A stretch of DNA of 64,000 nt from an uncultured Clostridium sp. (GCA_902492105.1 CABUKD010000002.1:9155-73154); one strand, 5' to 3'. Positions 1 to 10,163 are shown, numbered from the stretch's first letter. Notes: generated by a model from the letters alone, not told the origin. Numbers and translations are program-made.

Positions 1-416
1 CCTAGCAATAATGTAACAATGGATAAAATAAGCATTATCCACCAGCCTTTCACATTTGCAAATTTTAGTCCCATTGCTAATTGAATAGTAATAATACTTT
101 GAATGATAATCCATATAGAAAACATAATAGGAAGAAATGCTATTAAAGCATTACTACTAATCATAATAATAAGTGCTGCTAATATGCTTAAAATTCCTTC
201 TGCTAATCCAAAATTCATCATTCGCATTTGTGCATCTGTTCTAAAATATTGAATTAGTTTAATAATTCCATTTACTAAAATAATAATGGCAAATAATATA
301 ATGAAAGTGCTAAGAGATTCTAACGGTCTAAAAATAAGAAAAATTGCTAATAAAAACATTAAAGCTGATACAATTAATGACCATTTTTGATATTTTTCAA
401 AAAATTGACTAAACAT
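1..416 (-). CDS. DUF308/HdeD-like small membrane protein (3' end lies beyond window edge)
   Basis: ATG at 416-414 sits 7 nt downstream of a GGAGG RBS (424-428, minus). The frame is open to position 1. The translation MFSQFFEKYQKWSLIVSALMFLLAIFLIF...GILSILAALIIMI... consists of consecutive hydrophobic helices typical of DUF308 repeats. It is absent from the ORF track because it is truncated. Confidence 0.5.
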   Translation of the reverse strand, partial: MFSQFFEKYQKWSLIVSALMFLLAIFLIFRPLESLSTFIILFAIIILVNGIIKLIQYFRTDAQMRMMNFGLAEGILSILAALIIMISSNALIAFLPIMFSIWIIIQSIITIQLAMGLKFANVKGWWIMLILSIVTLLL

Positions 417-526
417 AAAAATTCCTCCTTTTGCATTTGATTATATGCTAGATTTTTATTTTAGTCAATTCTAGAATTCAAGAAAAAATTCATTTTAATA
501 TACCATCTTTTATAATATTACTTATA

Positions 527-762
527 TTATGGATTAAAATTAGAGTTAAAATTTTGTTTTGTATGAAAGATAGAAATAACTTTTACTTTTTGCTCTTGAA
601 CTGTATAAAATATTATATGGTTCGATTAATATAACTTTCTCCAAACATATACTTTATCGCTTGTTCTTCATTATAGAACTCTACTTTATGTTCTTTTTCA
701 CCTTTTTCATATTCTGCTAGTTCCTTATCAATTCTTTTTTCTAGTTGTTTACTAATTTTCAT
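527..762 (-). pseudogene. Possible RelE/ParE-family toxin remnant (49-codon ORF 613-762 plus out-of-frame C-terminal fragment)
   Basis: The ORF MKISKQLEKRIDKELAEYEKGEKEHKVEFYNEEQAIKYMFGESYINRTI stops at 613. In another frame the sequence continues as IIFYTVQEQKVKVISIFHTKQNF, ending at 527. That resembles the conserved C-terminal strands of RelE/ParE toxins. No intact partner gene is present. Confidence 0.3.
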
Positions 763-913
763 GATTTATCACCTCTTTATTTTATTAAAACATATCTCTA
801 GTAGAAAATCAATATATTTCGTATGCTAAAATTCGACAAAAATTGATTGTAGATTATTCTCTATATAAAATATAGTAACTCCAAAATTTTTATTTTGAAG
901 TTACTATATCATT

Positions 914-2933
914 TTAATTTATTTTCTCAAACCCTATTGTTACCTTAAATAAATCTCCATCTAAATAAATATGAAATTTACCCTTTTGAAGTTCTGTTAA
1001 GCTAGATGCAATAGAAAGTCCGAAGACCGCTTCCTTCTGTATTTCTAGAGGCCTCTCCTCTTACAAATCTTTGCATTAACTCATCTGCTGTAATATTTAA
1101 TTTTTCTTGTGAAATATTTTTCATTTGAATGACTACACTTTTTTCTGTAGAAACCACATCTAAATAAACTCTTGAATTTTCTAAGGCATATTTGGCACAA
1201 TTAGAATATACATTTTCTAATACGCGGTATATATACCTTCCATCTGCCATAATAAAAATAGGTTCTTCTGGTAATGTCATAATCTCTTCTAATCCTCTTG
1301 TATGGAAGCGATCTTCGAATTCGCCAGAAACTTGTTTTACTAATTCTATTACATTAATTTTTTCCATTTGTAATTTAATGTTTCCAGAAGATGCTTTAGA
1401 TGCTTCTACTAAGTCTTCAGTTAGTCTTTTTAGTCTTTGTGATTTATTCTCCAAAATCATTAAATATTCGGTTGCTTTTTCATTTGGCATTTTCTCTTTT
1501 TTTAGTAAATCCACATAGTTAATAATGGAAGTAAGTGGTGTTTTAATATCATGTGATACATTTGTAATAAGTTCTGTTTTGAGTCTTTCACTTTTTAAAC
1601 TTTGTTCTACTGCATTAGAAAGTCCTCCTGCTATGTCTTCTACATAAATAGCTAGTCGTTTTAGAACTCCTTTCATTTCATTTGAATTTAGCTTGATGTT
1701 AGTATTTCCTTCATAGATATTTTTTAAAGCATTTTGAATGTTTTCAAATTCTTTTAATTTTTTAAATAAGTAGCAAAAAGTTAATATTCCTATGGTAGCT
1801 AATAAAACAAACCAAAATAAGGAAGAAGCTGAAGAATAGGAATTAAATAAACCTGCTGTAGCAATGACTCCTATTAAGCAAAAACCTCCATAAGCTAATA
1901 CTAATTTTGTAGTAATTTTTCGATTTACAATTAGTAATTTAATATAATGTCCGATAGCATAAAGAATTGTGGATTTCCATACTGTGTGAGTCTTAATTCG
2001 TTTTACTATTGTTTCTAACATTAGAATACAGCTTAAATACATAAAGCAAATTCCAACTGTTACTCCTGTTAGAATAATGGAACGAATATTAGAGTCAATA
2101 CTTGCAAAAAAAGCAACTCCTATTAAAAATATGCTAACTCCAATTAATATTACAATTTCTAATTTCCATTTATCAAACCAGTTTAGATAAATTCCTTCTT
2201 GTTTAGCAGTTTTTCCTATTCCATGAAAAATAACTAATGCTAATACAATTAATACAACAATGCTAATAGGAATTAATACTGGTGCCATATCATTTGCTTT
2301 CATGGCTAAGTCATAGCCTAATTTTGCCATAGCGTATTCATCATTATATGGCATACCATCTACCAAGGATGTATAAGTATCTAGATAAGAAGATTTTTTC
2401 ATCATAGATTCAAAAGTAGAATCATATCGAATATTTTCCATACTCAAGTTAGGAATACTTGTATTAATCTTTCCATTTTCATAATTCCAATAAATACTGT
2501 TTTTGCCTAACTCTTGTTTAATTTCTTCTATGGTATCTGTTTTCATAGTATGGTTTACATTTGTTCTGGCTATACCATGTTCTTCGTCAATCACCAAATA
2601 ACGAAAGTTTGGCGTGGATGTTGACTCATAGTAAATAAATCCTTGTTTTCCATTGATATCTACATTTTGTTGAACATCACTGCTTATATAATAGTCATAA
2701 TATAGTTCTTCACTGGCAACTTCATCACTAGTTACAATAGAATAAGTATGATAAGCATCCATAAAGTAATTGTTAGAAAATAAAGTAGTTTCATAATAGT
2801 TTGTCGTATTTTTTATTCCTATATTAGAATCTATAAGTAGAATTCCTGCAACAGAAGTAATTAATAAAAATAAAAATATAGGTACTAAAAAATAGGAAAT
2901 ATTTTTAGCAATTCTTGCCCAACATAATTTCAT
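914..2933 (-). pseudogene. Sensor histidine kinase, frameshifted in the G2 box near the 3' end
   Basis: The protein has two TM regions, an H-box (SHDIKTPLTSI) and an N/G1 region. The ORF track ends at 1002 with ...TEGSGLRTFYCI*. Removing one base at about 1021-1022 (GGTCTTCGGACTT instead of GGTCTTGGACTT) restores GSGLGLSIASSLTELQKGKFHIYLDGDLFKVTIGFEKIN*, with the stop at 914-916. Confidence 0.75.
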
Positions 2934-3099
2934 TTTTATTTTCTCCTTTCATTCTATTATTTTTTGTACTTTTCATTCTGATATTTATTTGATTTATCTA
3001 TTTTATCTGTCCATTTACCTATCTTTTCATTTGTATTTTTGCTTCTGTTATTAATTTTTTCTTGATGACAATGGCTTTTTTATTGTTCTTTACTGTATT

Positions 3100-3807
3100 T
3101 TAATCTAAATTTTCAATTTTATAGCCAATTCCCCAAATTACCTTTAAATATTTAGGCTCCTTTGGATTAATCTCTATTTTTTCTCTAATATGCCTTATAT
3201 GTACAGCTATAATATTTTCTGCTCCATAGCATTCTTCTTCCCATACATTTTCGTAAATCTGTTCAATAGAATAAACAATCCCTTTATTTTTCGTTAAAAA
3301 TTTTAGGATGTTATATTCTGTTGGAGTAAGTTTTACTTCTTTTCCTTCAACTTCTACTTGTTTGGTATTATCATTAATAATTAAATCCCCAGAACGATAA
3401 ATATTTTCGCCTTCTTGTACCTTATCTGCTATAGAACCTAAGGTTGTATATCTTCGTATTTGAGAATTTACCCTTGCAATTAATTCTAATGGATTAAAAG
3501 GTTTGGTAACATAGTCGTCTGCTCCATTATTTAATCCTGCAATTTTGTCATAATCTTCTGATTTTGCAGAAAGCATAATAATAGGAACTTTTTTGTCTTT
3601 ACGAATTAAATTGGCTGTACTAATTCCGTCCAATTTTGGCATCATGATATCTAAAATAACTAGGTGAATATCATCTCTTTCTTTCATAATTTTTAGAGCT
3701 TCCATTCCATTATAGGCTTTTAAAATATTATAACCTTCTTTGCTTAAATAAATTTCTATTGCATTTACAATTTCCTTATCATCATCTACTACTAAAATAT
3801 TATACAT
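3100..3807 (-). CDS. OmpR/PhoB-family response regulator
   Basis: The receiver domain (VVDDD...LDIMMPKLDG...SAK) is followed by a winged-helix C-terminus (LTPTEYNILKFL...IWGIGYK). It lies immediately upstream of the kinase on the same strand. Confidence 0.9.
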   Translation of the reverse strand: MYNILVVDDDKEIVNAIEIYLSKEGYNILKAYNGMEALKIMKERDDIHLVILDIMMPKLDGISTANLIRKDKKVPIIMLSAKSEDYDKIAGLNNGADDYVTKPFNPLELIARVNSQIRRYTTLGSIADKVQEGENIYRSGDLIINDNTKQVEVEGKEVKLTPTEYNILKFLTKNKGIVYSIEQIYENVWEEECYGAENIIAVHIRHIREKIEINPKEPKYLKVIWGIGYKIENLD

Positions 3808-3940
3808 CTCTTTATTTTCCTTCCTTGAAGTATCATTTTTAGTTATTATACCATAATTCGTCTATTTATGCTACATGTATAGTATAACATGAATTTATTA
3901 AGAAAAAAGAAGTTAAATTATTAAGATTTTATTAAATAGT

Positions 3941-4023
3941 GTCAATGGGGACGGAGAATTTTGACAACTTTTCGATTTAAAAGTTGTCAAAATTCTCCGT
4001 CCCCATTGACAGTCCCCATTGAC
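3941..4023. repeat. 32-bp perfect-stem hairpin plus tandem GTCCCCATTGAC copy; probable terminator of the permease gene and member of the GTCCC repeat family
   Basis: 3941-3972 (gtcaatggggacggagaattttgacaactttt) is the reverse complement of 3979-4010. GTCCCCATTGAC is repeated at 3999-4010 and 4012-4023. The hairpin lies directly 3' of the minus-strand gene that ends at 4031. Confidence 0.6.
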
Positions 4024-4030
4024 ATTAACA

Positions 4031-5188
4031 TTATTTTAGTGCTTGCTTATGCTCATTTTGATAATCTATATATTCTTCTATTAATAATTTAATAACCGTA
4101 AAAATTGGTACTGCTAAGAACATGCCCAATACTCCAAAATAGGCTCCTCCTACTGTCACTGCAAAAATAACCAATAAAGGACTGATAGATAAAGAGTTTC
4201 CAATAATTTTAGGGTTAATAATATTGGCATCAATTTGTTGCAGAATAATAACTATAATGGCCATAAGAACTGCCTGACCTAGTCCTCCTGTAAATAAAGT
4301 AATAATAATTGCAACAATGACAGCAATAATTGCTCCAAAATAAGGAATAAGGTTAAATAATCCTATCATAAAGCCTAATAATACTGCATATTTTACACCA
4401 AGAATTGACATCGCAACAGATGTTAAAATTCCTACTACTATTGCATCTAATACTTGCCCTGCCACAAATTTAAAAAATACTTCATTTGATTTATTAAAAT
4501 ACCTGCCTACTAATTGGTAAGTATCTTTGTTAAATAAAGCACTAGAAAGCCTTTTCAAAAAATTCAAAATTCTTTTTCTTTCTGCTAACAAATAAACCGA
4601 AACAATGAAAGACACAAAAATATCAAAAATGCTATTAACTACATTAATAGCTCCTTTTGCATATTGTGCTAATCTTTCTAAGTTAAAAAATTGTTTTAAA
4701 TCAATTTCACTAATATTCTGAACTAAATTTAAAATCACATCACTTTTCCAAAAGGAATCTTCTGGTAATTCCTGAATGGTTGCCATAGTATTATTATAAT
4801 AGTTCCCAAAATTATTTACAAAATCCACAATACTTCTACTAATAGTAGGAATCACAAAATTAAGAGCCAAAATTAATAACAAAATAGCAATAATATACAC
4901 TGTAATAATAGATAGTATCCTTGCTTTTTTTGAAATCCATTTTGGCTTTTTTACTTTTCGATAGATACTTTCTATTTTTTTGCAAGGAAGATAAAATAAA
5001 TATGCTATTAGTAAACCAATAATAAATGGCATTAAAATATCTAGCAAGTTATGAATCCAACTTGTAATTTGAGAAAAATTATCTAACAACTTATAAACTG
5101 TTATAATGGCTACACCTAGTAAAAAATAATAAATCCATTTTGTAAAACCTTTTTTCTTTTCCTCCATATTTTTCCTTTCTTCAGCCAT
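4031..5188 (-). CDS. AI-2E family transporter (PerM/YtvI-like permease)
   Basis: The protein is 385 aa with about 8 TM helices. Its C-terminal half (GLFNLIPYFGAIIA...NIINPKIIGNSLSISPLLVIFAV) matches the AI-2E/UPF0118 signature. Confidence 0.8.
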   Translation of the reverse strand: MAEERKNMEEKKKGFTKWIYYFLLGVAIITVYKLLDNFSQITSWIHNLLDILMPFIIGLLIAYLFYLPCKKIESIYRKVKKPKWISKKARILSIITVYIIAILLLILALNFVIPTISRSIVDFVNNFGNYYNNTMATIQELPEDSFWKSDVILNLVQNISEIDLKQFFNLERLAQYAKGAINVVNSIFDIFVSFIVSVYLLAERKRILNFLKRLSSALFNKDTYQLVGRYFNKSNEVFFKFVAGQVLDAIVVGILTSVAMSILGVKYAVLLGFMIGLFNLIPYFGAIIAVIVAIIITLFTGGLGQAVLMAIIVIILQQIDANIINPKIIGNSLSISPLLVIFAVTVGGAYFGVLGMFLAVPIFTVIKLLIEEYIDYQNEHKQALK

Positions 5189-5375
5189 TAGGGACGTTCC
5201 TTGTTGGCTGATTTTCAGCCAGAAGGGACACTCCTTGTCGGGCTAACTTATAGTCATAAGAAACATCATGATTTGCTAACTTTCAAACAGAAGAAGCAGT
5301 ATTGTTAAATCATTTTCAACTGAAGAGGACTGTCCCCAGTGGCTGATTTTCAACCAAAAAGGAACGTCCCTAATG
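5181..5375. repeat. Nested palindromic GGGACGTTCC / GGCTGA-TTT-TCAGCC repeat cluster (BIME- or MITE-like)
   Basis: 5188-5220 (ttagggacgttccttgttggctgattttcagcc) matches the reverse complement of 5341-5373 at 28 of 33 positions. A second degenerate unit lies inside each arm. The cluster ends overlap the permease start codon and the xth stop codon. Confidence 0.7.
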
Positions 5376-6137
5376 GTCGATTTCTAATCCAATAGGGCAA
5401 TGGTCACTTCCCAGAATATTCGAATAGATAATACTTGCTCTTATATTTTTTTCTATTGATTTTGATACAATAAAGTAGTCAATTCTCCAACCTACATTTT
5501 TTTCTCTTGCATGAAACATATAGGACCACCAAGTATAGGCATTTTCTTGATTTGGATATAGATAACGGAAGGAGTCTGTAAATCCTTCTGATAATAATTG
5601 TGTCATTTTTTCTCTTTCTTCGTCTGTAAAGCCTGCACTATGATGATTTGTTTTTGGATTTTTTAAGTCAATTTCTTCATGGGCCACATTAAAATCACCA
5701 CAATAAATAACTGGTTTTACGGTATCTAATTGTTTTAAATATTGTCTAATTTCGTCTTCCCATATCATGCGATAGGATAAACGTTCTAGTTCTCTTTTAG
5801 AGTTTGGTGTATAACAATTTACTAAGTAAAAAGTTTCAAATTCTAGAGTGATAATTCTTCCTTCTTGGTCATGCTCTTCTTTGCCAATTCCATAGGTAAC
5901 ATTTAATGGTTTTTGTTTTGTAAATACTGCTGTTCCAGAATATCCTTTTCTGATAGCACTATTCCAATAAGAATGATAGTTTTGAAACAGATTTTGTATA
6001 GATATATCGATTTGGTCTTCTTGCATTTTTGTTTCTTGAATACAAAAGATGTCAGCATCCGCTTGTTTAAAAAAATCACTAAATCCTTTTTGCATAGCTG
6101 CTCTTAATCCATTTACATTCCATGAAATTAATTTCAT
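5370..6137 (-). CDS. xth: Exodeoxyribonuclease III (AP endonuclease)
   Basis: MKLISWNVNGLRA...FCIQETK...GDFNVAH...WRIDYF...GSDHCPI are the canonical ExoIII/EEP family motifs. Confidence 0.92.
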   Translation of the reverse strand: MKLISWNVNGLRAAMQKGFSDFFKQADADIFCIQETKMQEDQIDISIQNLFQNYHSYWNSAIRKGYSGTAVFTKQKPLNVTYGIGKEEHDQEGRIITLEFETFYLVNCYTPNSKRELERLSYRMIWEDEIRQYLKQLDTVKPVIYCGDFNVAHEEIDLKNPKTNHHSAGFTDEEREKMTQLLSEGFTDSFRYLYPNQENAYTWWSYMFHAREKNVGWRIDYFIVSKSIEKNIRASIIYSNILGSDHCPIGLEIDH

Positions 6138-6202
6138 TTTTATTCTCCTATTTTTTTATTTTCGTATTCTATCATAACACATTATGTTGATTTTTTCAAG
6201 CA

Positions 6203-6340
6203 AGGAGTGTCCCTTTTGGTAAATTTTCAGCCACTAGGGACGTTCTTTTTTGGTTGAATTTCAGCCATTAAGGAACGTCCCTAGTGGTCGAAAATCGACC
6301 AAAAAGGAACGTCCCCAATGGCTGATTGAGGACGTTTCTT
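6203..6340. repeat. Array of about four ~33-nt units (GGRACGTYCC palindrome plus 6-bp-stem hairpin) in mixed orientation
   Basis: The units are ggagtgtccc..ggtaaattttcagcc, tagggacgttc..tggttgaatttcagcc, aaggaacgtccc..tggtcgaaaatcgacc and aaggaacgtcccc..tggctgattgagg. The array lies between the hydrolase stop and the xth start. Confidence 0.7.
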
Positions 6341-6352
6341 TTTTACATTTTA

Positions 6353-7357
6353 TTACATTGGGTTGAAATATACATTACCGCCGATATTTACACCGCTTGC
6401 ACAACCTGCTGCTCTAAATGATAAGTAATTGTGATTTCTTTTTCCGTTTAAAGCATCAATAACTGCTTGTTTTACATAGGATGGATAATTTCCATTTAAT
6501 CTTTTTCTCCAATGGTTATCAATTGTATAACAGAATTGATTTTTTGCTTTATATTGACTTAATGGGTCTGTTCCGTTATATCTCCATTTCCTACTTTCGG
6601 CTCTGTTACATGCAGTAGTAATAACTGCTAATGCACCATTATAACTTGAACCACATTCTTGTGCAGTAATAGCACATAAAAGGTCTAATTCAGAATCTGA
6701 ATAGCTCCATTTTCCTGCATATCTAACTTTTGTTCCACTTCTTGATGTAATTTGTTGCTTATTTCTAACTTCGACAATTTTGTCTACTGGTTTACGAATA
6801 ATTTTAGATGAGATTTCTTTTTTCTCAATTTCTTTTTCGTTTTGATATTTTACTTTATAAGTAACTTCTTTTAATCCATCTACACCATATTGTACAATTT
6901 TATCTTGTTTTTTACCAGAACCTTTTGCTACATTTTTAGTAATAGTTTCATATGGTATTTTTACTTTTTCTACCTCTATTTTTTCAATAATAGTGCCATA
7001 ACTATCTAGAATTTCTTCTGCTGTAACATTAGTAGAGGTTTCTACCACTTCTGGTGTTTCAATTTCTTCTTCTGTTTTTTTGGTAATTTTAATTGTGTTA
7101 TTATCAGATAGTTCTGAATCTAAATCTGGAACTACCTTTTCATCTTCTAGTAATATAATATGATTTTCGTCAAGAATCTCTGCTACAGTTTTCTTGCTAG
7201 TTAATACATTCATTTCATATCCACTTGCAAGACTAATTTTTACATTGTTTAATTTTACATTACCAGCAGTTACTGCCACTGCCATGATGAAAATAAATAA
7301 TATACTAATGCAAATAATTTTTTTCAGCGAGATTGATGCTTTATCATCATTTTTCAT
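6353..7357 (-). CDS. Membrane-anchored cell-wall hydrolase (DUF348 + G5 + SleB-type hydrolase domain)
   Basis: There is an N-terminal TM helix. The DUF348-like segment is TVAEILDENHIIL...TIKITK. The G5-like segment is IPYETITK...QYGVDGLKEVTYKVKYQNEKE. The C-terminus (LLCAITAQECGSS...QFCY) resembles SleB/CwlJ Hydrolase_2. Confidence 0.75.
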   Translation of the reverse strand: MKNDDKASISLKKIICISILFIFIMAVAVTAGNVKLNNVKISLASGYEMNVLTSKKTVAEILDENHIILLEDEKVVPDLDSELSDNNTIKITKKTEEEIETPEVVETSTNVTAEEILDSYGTIIEKIEVEKVKIPYETITKNVAKGSGKKQDKIVQYGVDGLKEVTYKVKYQNEKEIEKKEISSKIIRKPVDKIVEVRNKQQITSRSGTKVRYAGKWSYSDSELDLLCAITAQECGSSYNGALAVITTACNRAESRKWRYNGTDPLSQYKAKNQFCYTIDNHWRKRLNGNYPSYVKQAVIDALNGKRNHNYLSFRAAGCASGVNIGGNVYFNPM

Positions 7358-7609
7358 ACTAAATTTGTTCCCTCCTTTAAAAGCAACATCTATATTATAC
7401 CATTTTTGATAATGAATGTCAAATTTTGGTCTGTTTTGGAAAACAGTTGGTACAACTTTGTTTTATAAAATTATGCTGAAACTTTATTTTTGCAAACTCT
7501 TCTATTTACTATATTATATGTAAGCTTGTACAAAAATAGAACAATTTTTTAAATTTTTTTCATTTCCATTGTATTCTAGGTATAATTATGTTATGATTGG
7601 AGTAAATTA

Positions 7610-8191
7610 ATGAAAAGGAGTGAAATTTTTATGTGGTGGTTATGGATTATTTTAGCCATTGTAGTAATTCTTATTATTGCTGTTATTGCTATTTACAATA
7701 GTTTAGTAACATTAAGATTAAGAGTAAAAAATGCGTGGAGCCAAATTGATGTACAATTACAAAGAAGATTTGATTTAATTCCTAATTTAGTAGATACTGT
7801 AAAAGGTTATATGACTCATGAACAAGAAACTTTGACAAAAGTAACAGAACTTCGTTCTTCTTGGGCGCAAGCTGAAACAGTAGGACAAAAAGCTTTATTA
7901 GATAACCAATTATCAGAAGCTTTAAAATCTATTATGGCATTATCAGAAAATTATCCTGATTTAAAAGCGAGCCAAAACTTTTCTGAATTACAAGAAGAAT
8001 TAAGAAATACAGAAAATAAAATTTCTTATTCTAGACAATTCTATAATGATACAGTTACTAGATACAATACTAAATTGGAATTGTTCCCATCTAACTTTAT
8101 TGCATCTATGTTCCATTTTACAGCTGAAACTTTATTTGAAGCTGACAATGATGAAGCTAGAAAAAATGTAAAGGTTGATTTTAATAAATAA
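7610..8191 (+). CDS. lemA: LemA family protein
   Basis: An N-terminal TM helix is followed by [29 protein letters not shown]...YPDLKA...RYNT, the typical LemA signature. Confidence 0.9.
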   Translation: MKRSEIFMWWLWIILAIVVILIIAVIAIYNSLVTLRLRVKNAWSQIDVQLQRRFDLIPNLVDTVKGYMTHEQETLTKVTELRSSWAQAETVGQKALLDNQLSEALKSIMALSENYPDLKASQNFSELQEELRNTENKISYSRQFYNDTVTRYNTKLELFPSNFIASMFHFTAETLFEADNDEARKNVKVDFNK

Positions 8192-8270
8192 TCGAAAAAT
8201 ATGCTTTTGTTAGAGGAATAAAATAACAAAAGCATTTTTATCTATATTAAGAAAAGGATGATTCAATAAC

Positions 8271-9167
8271 ATGTATGACGATATTAGAAAAAACAAATTA
8301 AAAACCGCACTAATTGTAGGTATTTTTATTTTAGTTATTACCTTAATTGTATATTACGTTTGTATGGCATTTGACTTAGGAGCATTTTCTATTGTCATTG
8401 CACTACTTGTTTCTATTTTATCTGCTTGGAGCTCTTATTATTATAGCGATAAAATTATTCTATCTTTAAATAAAGCTCGTCCTGCAACTCCGGAGGAGAA
8501 TTTGCAATTAGTGAATATTTTAGATGGACTAATGGTATCTTCTGGTTTGCAAGCAAGACCTAGATTATATGTAGTAGATGACCCTCAGCCTAATGCTTTT
8601 GCTACAGGTAGAAATCCAGAAAATGCTGTTATTTGTGTTACTTCTGGTCTTTTAGAAAAACTAGATTATTATGAATTAGAAGGTGTAGTAGCTCATGAAC
8701 TTGCCCATGTAAAAAATTATGATATTCGTTTATCTGCTATTGTTACTGTTATGGTAGGTTTAGTAGTAATGCTTTCTGATTTTGTTTCTAGAATGTTGTT
8801 CTGGGGACATGACCGAGATAATGACAGTGGAAAAGGAAATGCTATTTTAATGCTTCTTGGTTTAATTGCTGTTATTTTAGCACCTATCTTTGGTCAATTA
8901 ATGAAACTTGCCATTTCTAGAAAAAGAGAATATTTGGCAGATGCTACTGCTATAGAATTTACCAGAAATCCTGATGGATTAATTTCTGCACTAGAAAAAA
9001 TAGATGGCGACTCTAATCAATTAAAAACGGCTAATAAATCTACTGCACATATGTATTTTGCCAATCCTTTTAAAAGAGGACATAATAGTAAGAAAAAGGC
9101 TACCAATATTTGGTCTACACATCCTGCTACAGAAGATAGAATTGCAGCATTAAGAAATTTAAAATAA
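8271..9167 (+). CDS. htpX: HtpX-like M48 zinc metalloprotease
   Basis: It has four TM segments, the HELAHVKNYD (HExxH) motif, NAFATG and a C-terminal STHP. It is paired with lemA, a common arrangement. Confidence 0.9.
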   Translation: MYDDIRKNKLKTALIVGIFILVITLIVYYVCMAFDLGAFSIVIALLVSILSAWSSYYYSDKIILSLNKARPATPEENLQLVNILDGLMVSSGLQARPRLYVVDDPQPNAFATGRNPENAVICVTSGLLEKLDYYELEGVVAHELAHVKNYDIRLSAIVTVMVGLVVMLSDFVSRMLFWGHDRDNDSGKGNAILMLLGLIAVILAPIFGQLMKLAISRKREYLADATAIEFTRNPDGLISALEKIDGDSNQLKTANKSTAHMYFANPFKRGHNSKKKATNIWSTHPATEDRIAALRNLK

Positions 9168-9234
9168 AATAATAGATCTCAAAAAATATATTTTTATTAT
9201 AATTATTAATTCAAACAACATTAATCTTAGTATA

Positions 9235-9284
9235 CGAAAAAACGCAAAGCATATTTCCTACCAAATTTGGAAGATATGCTTTGC
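9235..9284 (-). terminator. Rho-independent terminator overlapping the tatD stop codon
   Basis: An 11-bp stem pairs gcaaagcatat (9244-9254) with atatgctttgc (9274-9284). On the minus strand the hairpin is followed by GTTTTTTCG. Confidence 0.6.
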
Positions 9285-10163
9285 ATTTTCATAAGTAGCT
9301 TTTGCTACTTCTTCTGTGGATATTTGTTTCACTTTTGCTATTTTTTCTGCCATATAGATGACATTGCTAGAATCATTTCTAGTACCACGTAATGGTTCTG
9401 GTGCTAAATATGGGCTATCTGTTTCGATTAAAATTTTATCCAACGGAACTACTTTTATTGCTTCTTCTGCATTTTTAGAGTTTTTAAAGGTAATTGGTCC
9501 TGCAAAAGATATATAAAATCCTAATTTTAACCCTTCTTTTATTAAATCTAAATTAAGTGGACAACAATGAAAAACTCCTTTTTTGTTAGGACAAATTTCT
9601 TGTTTTAAAATGGCTAATGTATCAAAAATAGCTTCTCTAGTATGAATAACAATTGGTAAATTCAGTTTATTGGCAAGTTCTATTTGTTTTATAAATGCTT
9701 CTTTTTGCTCTTCTTTGTTTTCTTGATTCCAATGATAATCTAATCCTATTTCTCCTATAGCAACCACTTTAGGCAAGTTTGCTAAAATTTCAATTTCTTT
9801 TAGCTGTTCTGCTAATTCTTTTTCAAAATTATCATTTTTTCGTATTTGCCCTTGTTCTAATCCTTCTATTCTAGTATTATCTGGTATTGCATAAAAACTT
9901 ACCTCTTTATTTTCTATGTTTTGTCTCTCTTCTGTATTTTGTAATTTACTTACTTGTGGAATATCATTTGGAGAAATTCCAACAGTAGCATATATGAAAT
10001 CGTGCTTTCGTGCAATTTCTACTGCTTTTTTAGAAGATGAAAGATGATATCCTGCACATACAAGCTTTGTTACTCCACTTCCATATACTTTTCTTAAAAT
10101 TTCTTCTCTATCTTGTTCAAATTTTTCATCATTATAATGAGCATGAGAATCAAATAACTCCAT
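9258..10163 (-). CDS. tatD: TatD family metal-dependent hydrolase (with an internal insertion of about 45 aa)
   Basis: MELFDSHAHYND..., GEIGLDYHW, PIVIHTREA, GVFHCC, ETDSPYLAP are the TatD motifs. At 301 aa it is longer than the usual ~255 aa. Confidence 0.88.
   Translation of the reverse strand: MELFDSHAHYNDEKFEQDREEILRKVYGSGVTKLVCAGYHLSSSKKAVEIARKHDFIYATVGISPNDIPQVSKLQNTEERQNIENKEVSFYAIPDNTRIEGLEQGQIRKNDNFEKELAEQLKEIEILANLPKVVAIGEIGLDYHWNQENKEEQKEAFIKQIELANKLNLPIVIHTREAIFDTLAILKQEICPNKKGVFHCCPLNLDLIKEGLKLGFYISFAGPITFKNSKNAEEAIKVVPLDKILIETDSPYLAPEPLRGTRNDSSNVIYMAEKIAKVKQISTEEVAKATYENAKHIFQIW

Noticed and set aside
5181-6340. Possible CRISPR array, based on regularly spaced ~33-nt G+C-rich repeats
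   Set aside because: The units occur in both orientations and are degenerate. They directly abut one another with only 2-5 nt linkers rather than unique 30-40-nt spacers. They are split by the xth gene, and no cas genes are present.
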